From: Harriotta raleighana
Taxonomy: Eukaryota
Reading direction: 5' to 3'
Assembly: GCA_050575255.1 (NCBI GenBank)
Contig: JBNZDD010013714.1
Location: 6,978,412 to 7,042,411, forward strand
DNA length: 64,000 nt
How positions within the stretch are numbered: position 1 is the stretch's first letter; every line of letters begins with the position of its first letter. Below are positions 50,409-63,600 of the stretch, one piece after another. The position numbers were made by a program, and so were the translations under genes. The notes under the pieces were generated by a model. It did no database searches. It saw only the letters and a list, made by a program, of their open reading frames with translations, and had not been told where the DNA came from.

Positions 50409-53400
50409 AACAAAACAACAACTACTGTATTGCCATGTGCACTTACAAACTACATCACAGGCAAAACAGAAGAGCCCAGATGTGGTGCAAAAGCTGAATC
50501 AATATGAGCAATGGCTCTGCATGCCCTCACTCGCCACCTCTGTCTTTCAGCTGCTTGACTGCTCTACCCCTGCCTAAAATGGGCAATCAATATCAAATAT
50601 GTCAGGAATCATCAGCAGATGTTACGGAGGATATGATGATTTCTGACATGCATACACATAGAAAAATGAACCTAGATAATAATGTTTGACATTTTAATCA
50701 ATAGTTTAATGTTAAACCTTTGCATTATATCGTCAATGCCCCTTCTCCTGAACTGGAAGCTCCCTTGCTGTGTATGTGCAAGCGTCAGAAAATAATTGGC
50801 TGCCTTCATTTTTGATTACTCCATTTTTATTTGTATTTGTTTGAAATGAAACAAGCCCTTTGCTTTTATTAGAAAATTCTGTTGGAAATCAACGCATACT
50901 GTAGTATATCCTAATATGTTTCAGTTACGAGAGACAGGCAAGAAGTATCAATAAGGTAACAAATGAACAGATTTGCAATTCTATATCTTTTCAACTTGGG
51001 AAAAAGATTAGACATTATTCTATTGGATTCAATAGAGGGCCAACAATGTGGTAATCAGTGCTTCAGATTACCCTTCAGTATTGTGTAACATAAAGCACAA
51101 GATTATCACAAAGGTGCTTTCTGTTCATCCACCTCCTCCGTTACCATTTCGCAGCCACTCAGAATTATGTAAATAGATTGCAGATATAATTGAATGTTAT
51201 TTTTAAGTAAAAACGTAAGTAATTATAAGGGAACAAACTCAATTTGGGGCCTTCATTCTAAAACACATGTGCAATCATTATTTAATTATAATTATCCAAT
51301 CCAGTCGTTAAAAATGGATCATTATTGCTATAACTTTACACTGAATAATGAGCTCAAGTCTGATAGGACAATTTCCCCCTTATAGTTAGATGCTTTGATC
51401 ATTGTTATTAATGAGTAACAATGAGACTTATCAAGTTGTCTAATTAAGAACTCAGCTCACACAGCATTTGAAATTGAGGCCTTATTACATTTGTAAGTCA
51501 CTTGTTTACATTTAACCATTTAAATAGATTGCATTTTGAGAGCTTTTTTCACTCGTGCATTTTCCACTACGGGCAAAATGTTCCCTAATGACTGTGAATG
51601 TTAAAAATATTCTAGCGTATAAAGTTTCTAATGACATAGAATTATATAGAATTAAATCTGTCTCTTCAACGGTACTTACCGTTATTTTAACTTAAGGTAA
51701 AATTCCAGAACTCTGGAGTTATACTTCACCCGCAATCTGTTACTCTTCTGTATGGAAATTCATGGGAATCCTCTTTCAACTAGTAGTAATATTGTAATAA
51801 TAATATTCCTGTGTAACTTCTACTGAAGCCTCCAATTTTATTTATGTTAGATTCTAAACAGCTATTGTGTGTTGAGGAGCCCACAAAGCACATTAAGGAG
51901 CATTTCATTTCAGGCCCTCACCAGACTGCCCTCTATCTGCTGAGATATCCACATACTGTATCTGCTTTGTCTGTGTGCTGCTGCCTTTAACACAACCAGA
52001 CTGGTGACTTCAGTATTTTTTTACATCAATGTCGCCTGCCTTCCCCCACTACAATTTTTTCTTTTTGGTAACCTTATTTAATCTTTTCTAAAATAGGTTT
52101 TTACATTAAAATAAATTACATTACACTCCTCATTAAAACAAACTGTCAGCTACATTCTATGTTTCCTACGAGCCTGACTTTGCATAAAAGATCTGTGATC
52201 ACATTCCAATTTAAGAACTATTACACACGCATCAATATACTGTTACTTGGTAAGCACATCTCTCTCCCTCTACCCCTCCACCACTGAACCTACATAAATT
52301 CAGTAATTCAAAGTGCAATTGAAACAAGATCCAGTGATTTAATGAAAAATAAACCAAATAAATTGGATCTTTCATGGATGAACATAACATCAGCATAACT
52401 TAAGTTTTCATAAAGTTGGCCTATTGTTTTCTCCTGTATATCAATAGATAGAGGGGTTAAAATTTGGATAGGGTACTTACAAACTACATCACAGGCAAAT
52501 GATTATATCCAGTTCATTATGTAACATCACAAATTTCTGTCCATATTGTCATAGCTATTTTCAGTGACACATTTACGCAATGAGGAAGCAGAGAGATGTT
52601 TTCAAGGTTTGGCTGGTTGCTAGCTCAGATTGAGTATTGTGCCACAGGTGCAGATGCTGTTTATTGTCGGACCCAACAGGAAGCTGAACAGTTCCCAGCC
52701 ATTGGATTACCATATAAGGCACTCCATGGGCTGAGAACACAGCATACACATGTCCATGCCAATCATTCTTTCAACAAACACAACAAAGAAAAATCAAAGT
52801 GCTGGAGTAATCAAAAACATCCGGTACCTTCAGAAAACTTCACTGTATCACTTCAAGGGGCTATTTATTTTTGCTTTTATTATTTCAATTATTGTTCTTA
52901 TTATTCTTCATAATTCTCAAGAGAAGATGAGGATCATTTCTTCAGCCTGGTGGTAAAATACCAAAAGTAGAGTTAATAAGATGTAAAAGATGCTAAATAC
53001 TTTCAGCAGATTAGATTCTTGAAAGTGGCTGCATAAATTTATTGCAATCTAAATAGAGGTGAAGCTTGTTTGCTACTTCAGTGGCGAATGGACTGTGATA
53101 GAGAATAGCAAGCTCTGAAATTGACCACATGAGGTACCCTGCAGAGAACGTGCTTATATTATTTCATCTCTACATAAATGGCCCTTTAGAGTACCAAAAA
53201 TAAAAAACATAAAGCTGAGACCCATCAAATAAAACACATGCAAAAACAGAGGCAAGGTGCAACTGAGCTTTGCCATTTTGATTCATCCTAGATGATGTTT
53301 TCGCACCTTCATTATTTTCAGTTGTTTCCCTTTGAGATTCCTGCCACCTCCCGATGTTCCCTGAAGTTTCGGTGATCACTCAGGCACCTCATTTTGTGCC

Positions 53401-53859
53401 AGTGTGAATTCTTTTGGCAACGAAACGTGCTCATGAAAAATGTTGGGTTGCACATAGAGGTTATATGTGCCTTTGTTTAAGATAGGATATTGACATTGGT
53501 TTGCTTTCTCAGCCTTCTTTACAGTATTTGGTTTGAAACATGGAAACATTCTGCTTTAAGGTTCAAGATTTTTACACCCTCTATAATCCACATTGTTTCA
53601 TTAAATAATTTGCAAGTCTGTCCTCCTCTAATTCATGTTATTTTTGCGGTTATGGATTCAGTGCTATTGGATTTGCACTGGAAATTTATATAGTCGAACT
53701 CTGTATGGTGCAAACATTGTCAATTCATGTTAGTCTGTTTATTAATCTGGCAACTCAGAAAGCAGCTTGAAAAATGGCAAATATCCATGAGGAGCCCAAA
53801 ACATATGTTTCCACAGAAAGAAGTTCTTTCTGGCACTGACTGAGAAAGGTGTCTGTGTA

Positions 53860-53942
53860 CACAAACACAGTCACTAAACTTTGCAGCGAATCCTATGAGA
53901 TATTTTGATGACGTGCTTTATCAACAACGAGGATTATTATTA
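53860..53942 (+). mobile_element. Decayed SINE tail
   Basis: CACAAACACAGTCA...GTGCTTTATCAA...GGATTATTATT. Confidence 0.45.
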
Positions 53943-55950
53943 CCATTTCTGTAAAGTGTGACCGGAACAGAATTTTTGCTTTCAAATTAAATGAATACAT
54001 CGAACAATGCACTTTAAGAATTGCCCATAATAATCTGTCAATGGAAACTCTGTCAATGTTGAAAGAGATTTGATGTAAAACATTGAGGCTCTAAGCATCT
54101 AATAAATGAGCTGATACTCAAACAATTCTATTTCATATATATATATATAATATATACATTTCTAATATTACTTTTCTGATCATCAGTAAGAGAATGTTTT
54201 GCTTTCATCTCACCTTTCCTTAAACCAGCTTCCTAATCCCTTATCCCCTCTGCTCCTCCTGTTGCTGTGACAGCCTACCAACCATCTGTCTTTTACCTTT
54301 GGCTGTTTTTTTAAATCTTGTGTGCTGTTAATTTGCTTCCCGGTTCCTTTCTATGCCACAGCATTATTCAGTGCATAAAAATGCTCATGATTAATTGTGG
54401 TATATTTAGTTGTCTTGTCTATGTTTAGTTCTTTTATCGTATAATCATAACACAAGCGGCAGTTGCAGCAGATAGAATTGCCGTTTGAAGTAATTTTCAA
54501 GGTTACGTGTGATTAATGTAAGACATCAAATATTAAACGGGATCCTCTAATCAGACTCATCACTGCTGGATTCTGTGTCCGTGTATTACTTTTACACAAA
54601 CTCATTGATTTCTTGAAGCTCTCCTGACATTTGTGGCCATTATATGTAAATATCCAAGATACTGTAAGGTGTCGATCATCATTTATTCCTAATGGATGGA
54701 GCGGTTTTATTTTGATAGGCCGGTAGAATCCGGAGATGTCGGGGTTTCATTTTCTTTTGTTCAACATGAGCCAAGTAGAGATTGATTAGCCATGTTTGGA
54801 TTGACGTCATTTCAGTCTGCAGAGTCTGTAGGGTCGTCTTCCTAAACAGATGGTGAGGAGCGTTTGGTGTTAATATGCACATGGTTCAGTAACTAATGTT
54901 TAAGTTTTCCTCCCCTGCCTGGGGAGTGAAGAAAGCTACCTACCTGCATCATCTGCTGGTCCTGGTGCTTTCCATTTCCTCCACTGTTTGTGCCTTATTG
55001 CATGGCACAGTGGTTCAGATTGTCTGCGTCCTTGGTTCAGTCATAACCAAGTCAGAATAAGCCTGAATGTGCATTTCCTCCTTATTAGACGAAATGCAGA
55101 ATCCAGGAAATAAGAGGGGTTGCAGCTATTCTGGATTATTTTTTAATATATAAAGAAAAAAAAATCCTTTCTTCAACTGGGCCTTTGCTTAATTCCCTCC
55201 CCTAGGATCTTGCAATTATTTAATTAGGAATTTCAATATGTCACCTGCTCAAAAGAAGACTGCCAGTGCCATGCTAATAAACAAACAAACAGTGAAATGC
55301 AGTTATTTAATGACTGAGCAATTTACATTAATACTGGTGGAAGAATAGCTCCTGAGCAATTTGATGTGATATTAACTCATTGTTGTGCATGCTGTCAAAT
55401 GTGTATTTCACTAGATAATCTTACCTGTATTATTGATTTCAGGTAACAGTAATATTTCCATTGATTATTGTATTAGCATATAATACTCACTGGAATCAAT
55501 CAGCTGAACAGCACATTCCAATCCCAAGATTTTGTGAGTTGTTCAAATAAAACTTTTCTACCAATCAGGAAAATGATTTCCTCTGCATATCCACTGGACT
55601 TCTCACAGATTTAAGCATGCATGGGTTCATCATTCTTTTGAACTGTACCTCTCTAAATATTCTGGGCTGAGGCATATTGGAAGCCTTACTTGTGATGTGT
55701 TTATCTAAGCCCCCAAATGCTTAATATTGGCGTCCATATGTTCGAAACATTCTTGGCCAGCAGAAAACCAAGTCACAACACAATCAACATAGTGGTATCA
55801 GTAGAATGTTTTAGATGCTAGATTTGCACTGGACCAGCAATACACAAATGGTTATAGTTGGAGCAAAATGCACATTCAATTGACTGTTTATGCTGCTGGC
55901 AGCTAAACAACTTAATGGGATGGTGAGAAGTCTGGCTCACATTTCTGATT

Positions 55951-56289
55951 AATAATAATAATCCTTGTATTTGATATAGCACTTTTCACGTCTTTTAGAT
56001 GTCTCAAAGCGCTTCACAGAATATACTGTAAAGTGAATTGACTATATATTTGGGGGCAAAACACGGCAGCCAATTGCGCACAGCAGTAATCCACAGTCGT
56101 GGATTGAAATTACCAATTTATTTTTGTTTTTTTTGAGGGATTATTGTCAGGTGTGTGAGGTAAGGAAACTTATCCAAGTTTTCTATCTGCCTGGAATCAA
56201 ACCCAGGTCTTTCGCTTATAAGGCGAGTGCTCTAACCACTGAGCTACAAGACTCCACATAGCCACTGAGCTACAGGATTTGCATAGCCC
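55951..56289 (-). mobile_element. Young tRNA-derived SINE, full length, with duplicated 5' head
   Basis: Tail, body, GGAAACTTATCCAAG, and head GGAATCAAACCCAGGTCTTTCGCTTATAAGGCGAGTGCTCTAACCACTGAGCTACAAGACTCC, followed by a second CCACTGAGCTACAGGA. Confidence 0.92.
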
Positions 56290-56394
56290 ATTGCATTAGC
56301 ATAGCGCTATGAAAGTACAATTCAGATATCAGTCCAGATCATCCACAGCTTGACACATGCAGATCATTGCAATTGAACAATAAAGAAACTGGCT

Positions 56395-56455
56395 CAGCGC
56401 CTTAGGACATCCTCCCGATGTGAAAGGCGCTCTATAAATGTAATTTTGTTGTTGT
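56395..56455 (+). mobile_element. Young L2 tail
   Basis: CAGCGCCTTAGGACATCCTCCCGATGTGAAAGGCGCTCTATAAATGTAATTTTGTTGTTG. Confidence 0.9.
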
Positions 56456-56954
56456 GGTGGTAAGATTGTCTCAGGTGTGATGGTAACCTGCTCCTGAATT
56501 GTAATATTGGAACCAATCGACTCCCAAACTCTTTAACAAACAAGTGCATTGTGAGCTTCTGCAGACCACTGCTAATTTATTCTAGAGAGATGTTTTTTCT
56601 TCCCCTGAGATAGTTGTCGAACTTACCATATTTTTCAGGAAAGGGACGTGAATTTCAAATGCAGCAGCAACTTTCTAATTGTAGTAGGGCTCTTTGGACT
56701 TGTCTGAAATTCCGTCTTTGGCGAAAGCAACCTTGTTAGTGGTGATGAATCCACTACAAAGATGGAATAAAGTAGCACTATCTCATGTTAAAGCTGTTTA
56801 TGATGCTCATTGCATGTCCCAGTACTTAATTGCTATGGTTAAACTGCATGTTTCACTCAGATAATCTTTACTGAGCTTTATACAGTCCATATTTAAATCT
56901 TCCTCTGGAAAATATGAAATTAAACAAAAAGTCACTGAACTGTATTCTTATCCA

Positions 56955-57054
56955 CTAATATACAGTCAGTTCAGTTCCCAGCATATTCTGTTAAGCGCTT
57001 TGAGACATCTAGAAGATGGGAAAAACGCTATATCAAATGCAAAGATTATTATTA
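56955..57054 (+). mobile_element. SINE 3' fragment
   Basis: ATATACAGTCAG...TAAGCGCTTTGAGACATCTAGAAGATGGGAAAAACGCTATATCAAATGCAAAGATTATT. Confidence 0.85.
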
Positions 57055-57487
57055 TCCATTTGTTTTTACAAGGGCAAAACACAACAGAGTACCAGCCTTG
57101 AGGATGTTTTATAATGCTGTACAAACAAAGGAGTAGTTTGAACATTAGCTTATTGAGAGCACTTCACACAGCTTTGTCTCTTATTCAGATTTCAGCTTCT
57201 GGAGCCAATCGAAGATCACTCCATTCTGGGAGGAGCTATATTGTTAGAAATTATGCTTACTAACAATATCCAGAGTTAATTCTGTGCCATTAATATCCAT
57301 GGTAGGGTAAAACATTAGGCCTTTCCTTGCTACACATGCCTCTGCTTACCTAGCAGTAAGTAGGAACCTGGTTGTTATTCGATTGGCAATTTTTCTCCCT
57401 AGGGGTCAAGTAGAAAGTTTATCACATGGAAAGCATCAAACAGGAGATATTTAAAAACAAATCAACAATATTGAGGGAAGTATGGTT

Positions 57488-57720
57488 GATTGTTCAAGTG
57501 AATGTTAAAGATCCCGTGGCACTATTTTGAAAGAGAAGGGAGTTTCACCTGGTGTCCTGGCCAGTAATTCCCAAAATACAATTGGACAATCACTTCACAG
57601 TCATTTGTCGGAAATTGTTGTGTTGCTGCTCCATTCGCTTAAAAAAACGATGCCATAAATCCAGTGAAGTGCTTGTGAGAGGTCCTCCTGCTGTGAAAGA
57701 CTCTATAATCAAATAAAATA
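57488..57720 (+). mobile_element. Old Deu-domain SINE 3' half
   Basis: GTTAAAGATCCCGTGGCACTATTTTGAAAGAGAAGGGAGTTTCACCTGGTGTCCTGGCCAG...GTGAAGTGCTT...GTGAAAGACTCTATAA. Confidence 0.8.
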
Positions 57721-59107
57721 CACCTCACTGAAGTCCTGCCATTTTTGTTTGAATAGTACTGTACTATTCTTCGCCACTTTTCCCAACTCTCTCTCAAGCC
57801 AATTCTTTTCTGTCCTAAGGCAAGAAGTAGGTTGATGAGCTGACTGCACTATCCTGACTTAATACAGAATACGTTTTTTTAAAATGAAAATGATTAAGCT
57901 TACTAATGGGTTGCAACAACCCTTACTTAGATTACAAAACGTTGTCCCCAATGCAAGTATAAGGCTTATTAGGTAAGTCTTACTAGTCCTGCGAGTGATT
58001 CTGCGGTTGTTAGTTGATTATGTTGAGCCTTTGTACATACTGTACTTGAGCTACCCTAGTGGCACAGTGTAAGAGCTGTTCCACTGTTTCTATTGTGAAA
58101 TCCTGGGGTAAGACATAATAATATAATGGAGATAAGACCACAGCTTTCTGTGAGAGCAGAAAAATATTCAGATGCAAAAATTGTTTTGTTCCCTTGCAGG
58201 TATACAATTGTGGAAAACAAATGGAATACAAGGACACCTATTGGCATATCAATTGAGTTTGAAATATTTTGAAATGGACACAGTCAAATCGTGTCAAGCA
58301 GGTTCACTTTAGTTTCTTTAACATAATGGTTTAAAATTGGCCATCTAGCTCTCCCGGTCCCAGAATTAATGTTACGAATAAATAGTAAATTGAGTTTATC
58401 TTTGTGTTTAACAAGCTGGGAGGTGACGATGTTTGGAATACTAAAATGTAACATTTTCTATCTGTATTTGGTATCTGAAGCTCCCAGAGCATAATTATTG
58501 CAGGTTGGATGTGAAATCCCCTTGGAACAGGAATACAAATGCATTTTAATCACACATTCACAGCAATCCTTAGTACACTGGCAAGTTAATTTTGTTTCTT
58601 CCCACCAGCCACCTGAATGACTTTTACTGAGTGATGGGGCCCAATTAGTGCTGTGTTTAGGGCTAATTTATTCCCACGTTTAGTTCAGGAGAGAAGCAGT
58701 TTGACCAAAAAACCTGACAGACTTGGCTAATGTTTTGCAAGTGAGTATCACTAACAATGTGAAGCACAAACCTGTGTTGCAGGGTGCTGCTTTTGTTCAG
58801 TAAAGAACTGCAGCCCAGATGGAAATCAGCAAGAAATATTAACCAAAAAAAAGGAATTCATGAATGGTGACAAAAGATTTATGTTGGAAAGTCCAATGAA
58901 CCAGCCGCAAATGGTTCACACATTACATATCAGTGTTGTACCGAGGAAATAAAACCTAATGGTTTATTGGCAGATGTAGAACATAGTTAAATGAACTGTG
59001 GACATATTACCAATAATAATCACTCTAGAGTGCAGTTTCCCTAAAGCATAGTTTTTTTTCTCTTCAACAGCAAGTATTTCTATCTGCACTATTAGAATGA
59101 AAATATT

Positions 59108-59205
59108 CCACAAATATACAGTCAAATTCACTTTACAGTATATTCTGTGAAGTGCATTGAAATGTCTAGAAGACGGGAAAAGTGTGAGTACTGTATTATT
59201 ATTAT
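59108..59205 (+). mobile_element. SINE 3' fragment
   Basis: CCACAAATATACAGTCAAATTCACTTTACAGTATATTCTGTGAAGTGCATTGAAATGTCTAGAAGACG. Confidence 0.85.
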
Positions 59206-62140
59206 TTCTGTGTAAGGTAAGGTGAGGAGTCATTTCATTGTCCACAAACCATTTATTTTAGAATATGTAGTGTTTTTGTTTTCCCTCTGTTATATTCCTT
59301 TGAACTGGATTCGTATTCTAATCCTCTTTAATTTGGAGGCTGAGATAGTGATGGCAAAGAGAGCATCTTCGGTCAACCTGCAACAAATTGCAATAAGCCA
59401 TGGCTCTCCCCAACAAGTTTAAATCCTTCCCCTGGGCAAACAGTCCGAAAGAGCAAGCAGCAAACTTTCCCTCCAGGCAAAATATCTGAGTGCAAATGTC
59501 AGCCATACCAACAAATGAATTTAGGTCTGACAGCTGAAGCACCAGCATTTGGTCACAAAGTAATTATTTGTATTTATCCATCAAAAGAAAAAATGCATTA
59601 TAATTTTAATTGTAATAATTGCTATAAAATAAATTATAAGACAATCCCTTCTAATTTTACAGCTCTGTGGAACGCAACTTCACATTGCAACGTTAATTAT
59701 TTGATGTTGCAAAGTTAGTTTTTCCTCATTTGATCATGATCAAGGAAGGAGGCAAAATTTTGTAGATTAAAAAGAGAAATTAGCTTCTTTTGCTTTTGAG
59801 TGTGATTTATGAAGATGTGTGTTAAAATGGGGGAAAGCAGTATGTTGAGTTTGAATAAATGAGCTCTATTGTAACCAACCACACTGAAAGAGAATTCTGA
59901 TACAAAGAGGTTTGATAATGATTTTCTAGCTTTTTAAAAATTTACTGTGCAAAATTCAGTGCCTTCTTCAAATATATACAAGTTTCAACAAAGCAGAGGA
60001 GAACACACATTTTATCTCCATTCATTCCACATCATTTAGTTGTACAGTCAGAACTGTCGATGCTACTCTTGTGATTGACTGCTTTAGACAGATTTTTCTG
60101 TGTTTGGATTTACGCTTGAGCAATGGAGTGAGACTGATGCCCACAGAACTGTTCATATAATGCATGCGCATACCTTTCTCCAGCCCTTTACATTAAAAAA
60201 AGGCAGATTTACCTACTTTTTTTTAAAAAGCATGCAAATACACTGTAACGCATTCTGCTTGTTAAAAAGGCAGTTTTCTGAACTCATTTAAGGAAACATC
60301 AGTTGAAATTAGGAAGCATTCCTTGGTCAACCATTGAATAAATATGTCAAAGGCATTGCTGGACTCTGCTGCTATGCCCTTACAGTACATTTGGACCCAG
60401 GTGAATACCATTGTAAAGACAATCTATGCACTCTTGAACATAGATCCACTTAGGATTTTGATTATACAATTGACAGTCTCAGTAGTTTGTTCAATGGACT
60501 TGTGCCCAATTGAAACTAATTGAGAACGAGGAACAAAAAGGATTGGGTGACTCACAATTATTTGGCTAATGACAATTGTAAAAAATAAATGTCACCTGCT
60601 TGTTGGAAGAAGTGACATGTATTGCGAGCGAGGTGTTAAAGGAATGAAATGTGTTTTTCTGAAACCATAATGCTCGCTTGGACACATTAAACATAAATAT
60701 TTAGGAATTGAAAACAATCAAGATATACTTAAATGTAAAACAATTGCTCAAATACTTGCACCTTCTTTATCAAATGTTTTCTTCTGTTTGTGCACTATCT
60801 CTTGTGTGCATTCAATTCTACGCTGTAACGTCTGCAGAAGTCACACAAATCAAAAACCTAACTGCTTATCTACCCTTTTGGCACTTGATCAAAATGTGAT
60901 TGTAACCAGAACTTGGTGCATTGGGAATCTCCGACATGAAGCTGAGTCGTACCACTTGATGGTGCAATGTGTCAGTGTGTTAATGAGCATTGGCAAAAGC
61001 TTCATTCATTTAAGCATGATTTACCCCATTGGGTATTGAAGACCTTCCATAGCTTTCAGTTTAAGCATATGGCTTCTTTTGGAGAAGACACTCATCAGAT
61101 TGAAGAAAAGGAATAAAGTGGAGGTGAACCTCTTAATGGTACGGTCAAGAGATATGCAAAAAAGGGTGTTAAAGTGAAAGATGTTATGTAGAGGCATGTT
61201 TCAATACGTCTGTTGATTAGTGTGAGAGGCATATTAAGTAATAATAAGTGATGTGTGTTATGTGCATCCTGGTGAAGGGAGAGTGAGGTGTTCCTGGAAT
61301 AACATCACATTATTTATTTTATTTATGTAATTTTAAAAAATGAACTGCTGTGCATTTTTTCAATGGAGTTGGATGACTACATATGCAAAACTCAGTGCAA
61401 ACCAAACTTGCAAGAATAATTATTAATATTAATCTTGCATTTTATATAATATATTTCACAGGACTGGATATTTTATGTATGACACTTTTTGACAATATAA
61501 GGCACCATATCAAATGCTAGGATTATTATTATGTTTAGTTTGGAAAACTTCATGTTACAGTACTTAACATGCAAGATGATAGGCAACAATATTGTATAAT
61601 TTGATTATCTTGAGATTCTGTATCCTCGCATGGAACCTTTTGCTCTTGCACATTGCAATCATCGTATTATTTGCATAGGTAAACCATTGTAATCTTGTTA
61701 TAGTTTACAGCAGTCCTACTGCATCCTCAAAGGATGAAATTGATTCTAATAGAATATTTTGTTGGAATGATGGAGTATGCTGAGCAGATTTAATATTAAT
61801 GCCAAGAAAGAGACAGTATGCCTCAAATTTATGAAATATTGGATTTTCCTAATCTAAAGTTAATCATGCAGGATACGCATACACAAACGTAGTGGATTAA
61901 TATCTGACCTAACCGCTAATGTGGTTGCCTTCCAGATGGGAGAAGAATAAAACTTGTTGACAGGAAAATTGTACAACCAATTTTGAACACCTCAAACAAT
62001 CATCAGTCACCATATCAAATAATTAAGATAAGGAAACCAACAGCTTGTTTTCTAATTCCATGAACTGAAAATTAATGGGTGCAAAGAGAAAGGGCTGGTG
62101 TGATCATTAAATTAAATTCAAGGATTAGGGTTATTATTAT

Positions 62141-62481
62141 CACCAATTTTATTGAGGAGATTGCTGACTAGGAAGACTAGGACTCTGGAAGAAACTCCCT
62201 TCTCTTTTTGAGTAGTGCCATGGGATCTTTAAAGTTCACCTGTATGGGCAGCCTGGACCTCAGTTGAACATCTGATCTAAAGATGTCACATCCAACAATG
62301 CANTATTAACTGGACCTCAGTTGAACATCTGATCTAAAGATGTCACATCCAACAATGCAGAACACCCCAGCATTGCCAGCCATGACTATGCGAGATCGAA
62401 GTTCCAATGTGCGGCTTAAGTCAACAACCTTCTGACTCAGAGATGAGAGTGCTAACAACTGATAACTGATCCAGGCTGACA
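62141..62481 (-). mobile_element. Old Deu-domain SINE (includes a 50-bp duplication around N62303)
   Basis: GAAACTCCCTTCTCTTTTTGAGTAGTGCCATGGGATCTTTAAAGTTCACCTG...ACAACCTTCTGACTCAGAGATGAGAGTGCTAACAACTGA. Confidence 0.8.
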
Positions 62482-63434
62482 TCTGGCTCCAAACAACTAT
62501 GTATTTCCAATTCCTATTACCCATTATTTCTTCAACAGTAACCTCCCACCTTTATTGCTGTAAATGTGTGAATATTTATTAGAAAGAATAAACAAATTAG
62601 TTATGTGGAGGAAGATATTTACTACAACAATAAGATTTTTTTATCCAATGTTCCACACTGTACATACATGATTGCAGTGAACATACTGACTCATCTACAA
62701 TGTTGCAACATTTTCTTTGTGACAAAGCAGTATTTAGCTTTTACTGCCTCTAGATACTCTAGAAACTGACATAAGGTACATGACATGACCAATGTCCTAT
62801 TTGTCACCGAAATATTAACTGTAATAGAGGTTGATAACTGGAACATATTGTGCTGAAAGTTTCTGTCGTGATCTCTATTGAGTTAAAATGTTCAAAGCTG
62901 AGAGCTGAGTTACACTGATGCACTGAAACTAATTGCGCTTGATTGAAGAGGTGCTATGTGTAAGGAAAAATAATTTTGTCAGTGGCCCAGATTGTTTGGC
63001 GAGTGACACCAGTGGGCAACACAACGGAGACTAATGATCAGCAACATTAAAAACAAATTTGGCTTTAGACAATGGAGAAATGATGAATAGGTTTCCCAAT
63101 TGTTCTTTTGCATAGATAATGGGATGCAATCAATGTGAGTCCTACACAGTGAAAATACTGCTAGAGTATTCTAGAGCACATGTCAATAGTTGCAGAACCT
63201 GCCTTTGTTCAGTCCCCCATTTATATTTGTACTGTGATATGATTTTATAATTTTTTTAAGTTATAGGATGTAATAACATTTCTGTGATATTCAGCTCCCA
63301 TGCGAGAGTACTTGTGGTCACTTCAAAATTGTATTATCCAATACAGTAGATTTGTTTTGTGAAGTCTAGTTGGGGTCTATAAGGTCCCAACTCACCTTAG
63401 AACTAGGTGCAATTACCAATCGGCTTTTACATAT

Positions 63435-63600
63435 TTTGTGGGACACTACAGTGTGCAATTGGCTGCTGCACTTCACCCACAAAATAAAGTCAATTCACTT
63501 TACAGTAAATTCTGTGAAGCGCTTTGAAATGTCCCAAAGACTTTGATAAGTCTTTATCATTTGATAAGATGCTTTATCAAATGCAAGGAGTATTATTATT
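63435..63600 (+). mobile_element. SINE 3' half
   Basis: TTTGTGGGACACTACAGTGTGCAATTGGCTGC...GTGAAGCGCTTTGAAATGTC...GCTTTATCAAATGCAAGGAGTATTATTATT. Confidence 0.85.

Noticed and set aside
58180-58275. Strong acceptor-like TTGTTTTGTTCCCTTGCAG|G
   Set aside because: The frames I checked stop shortly after, with no recognisable peptide or clear donor.
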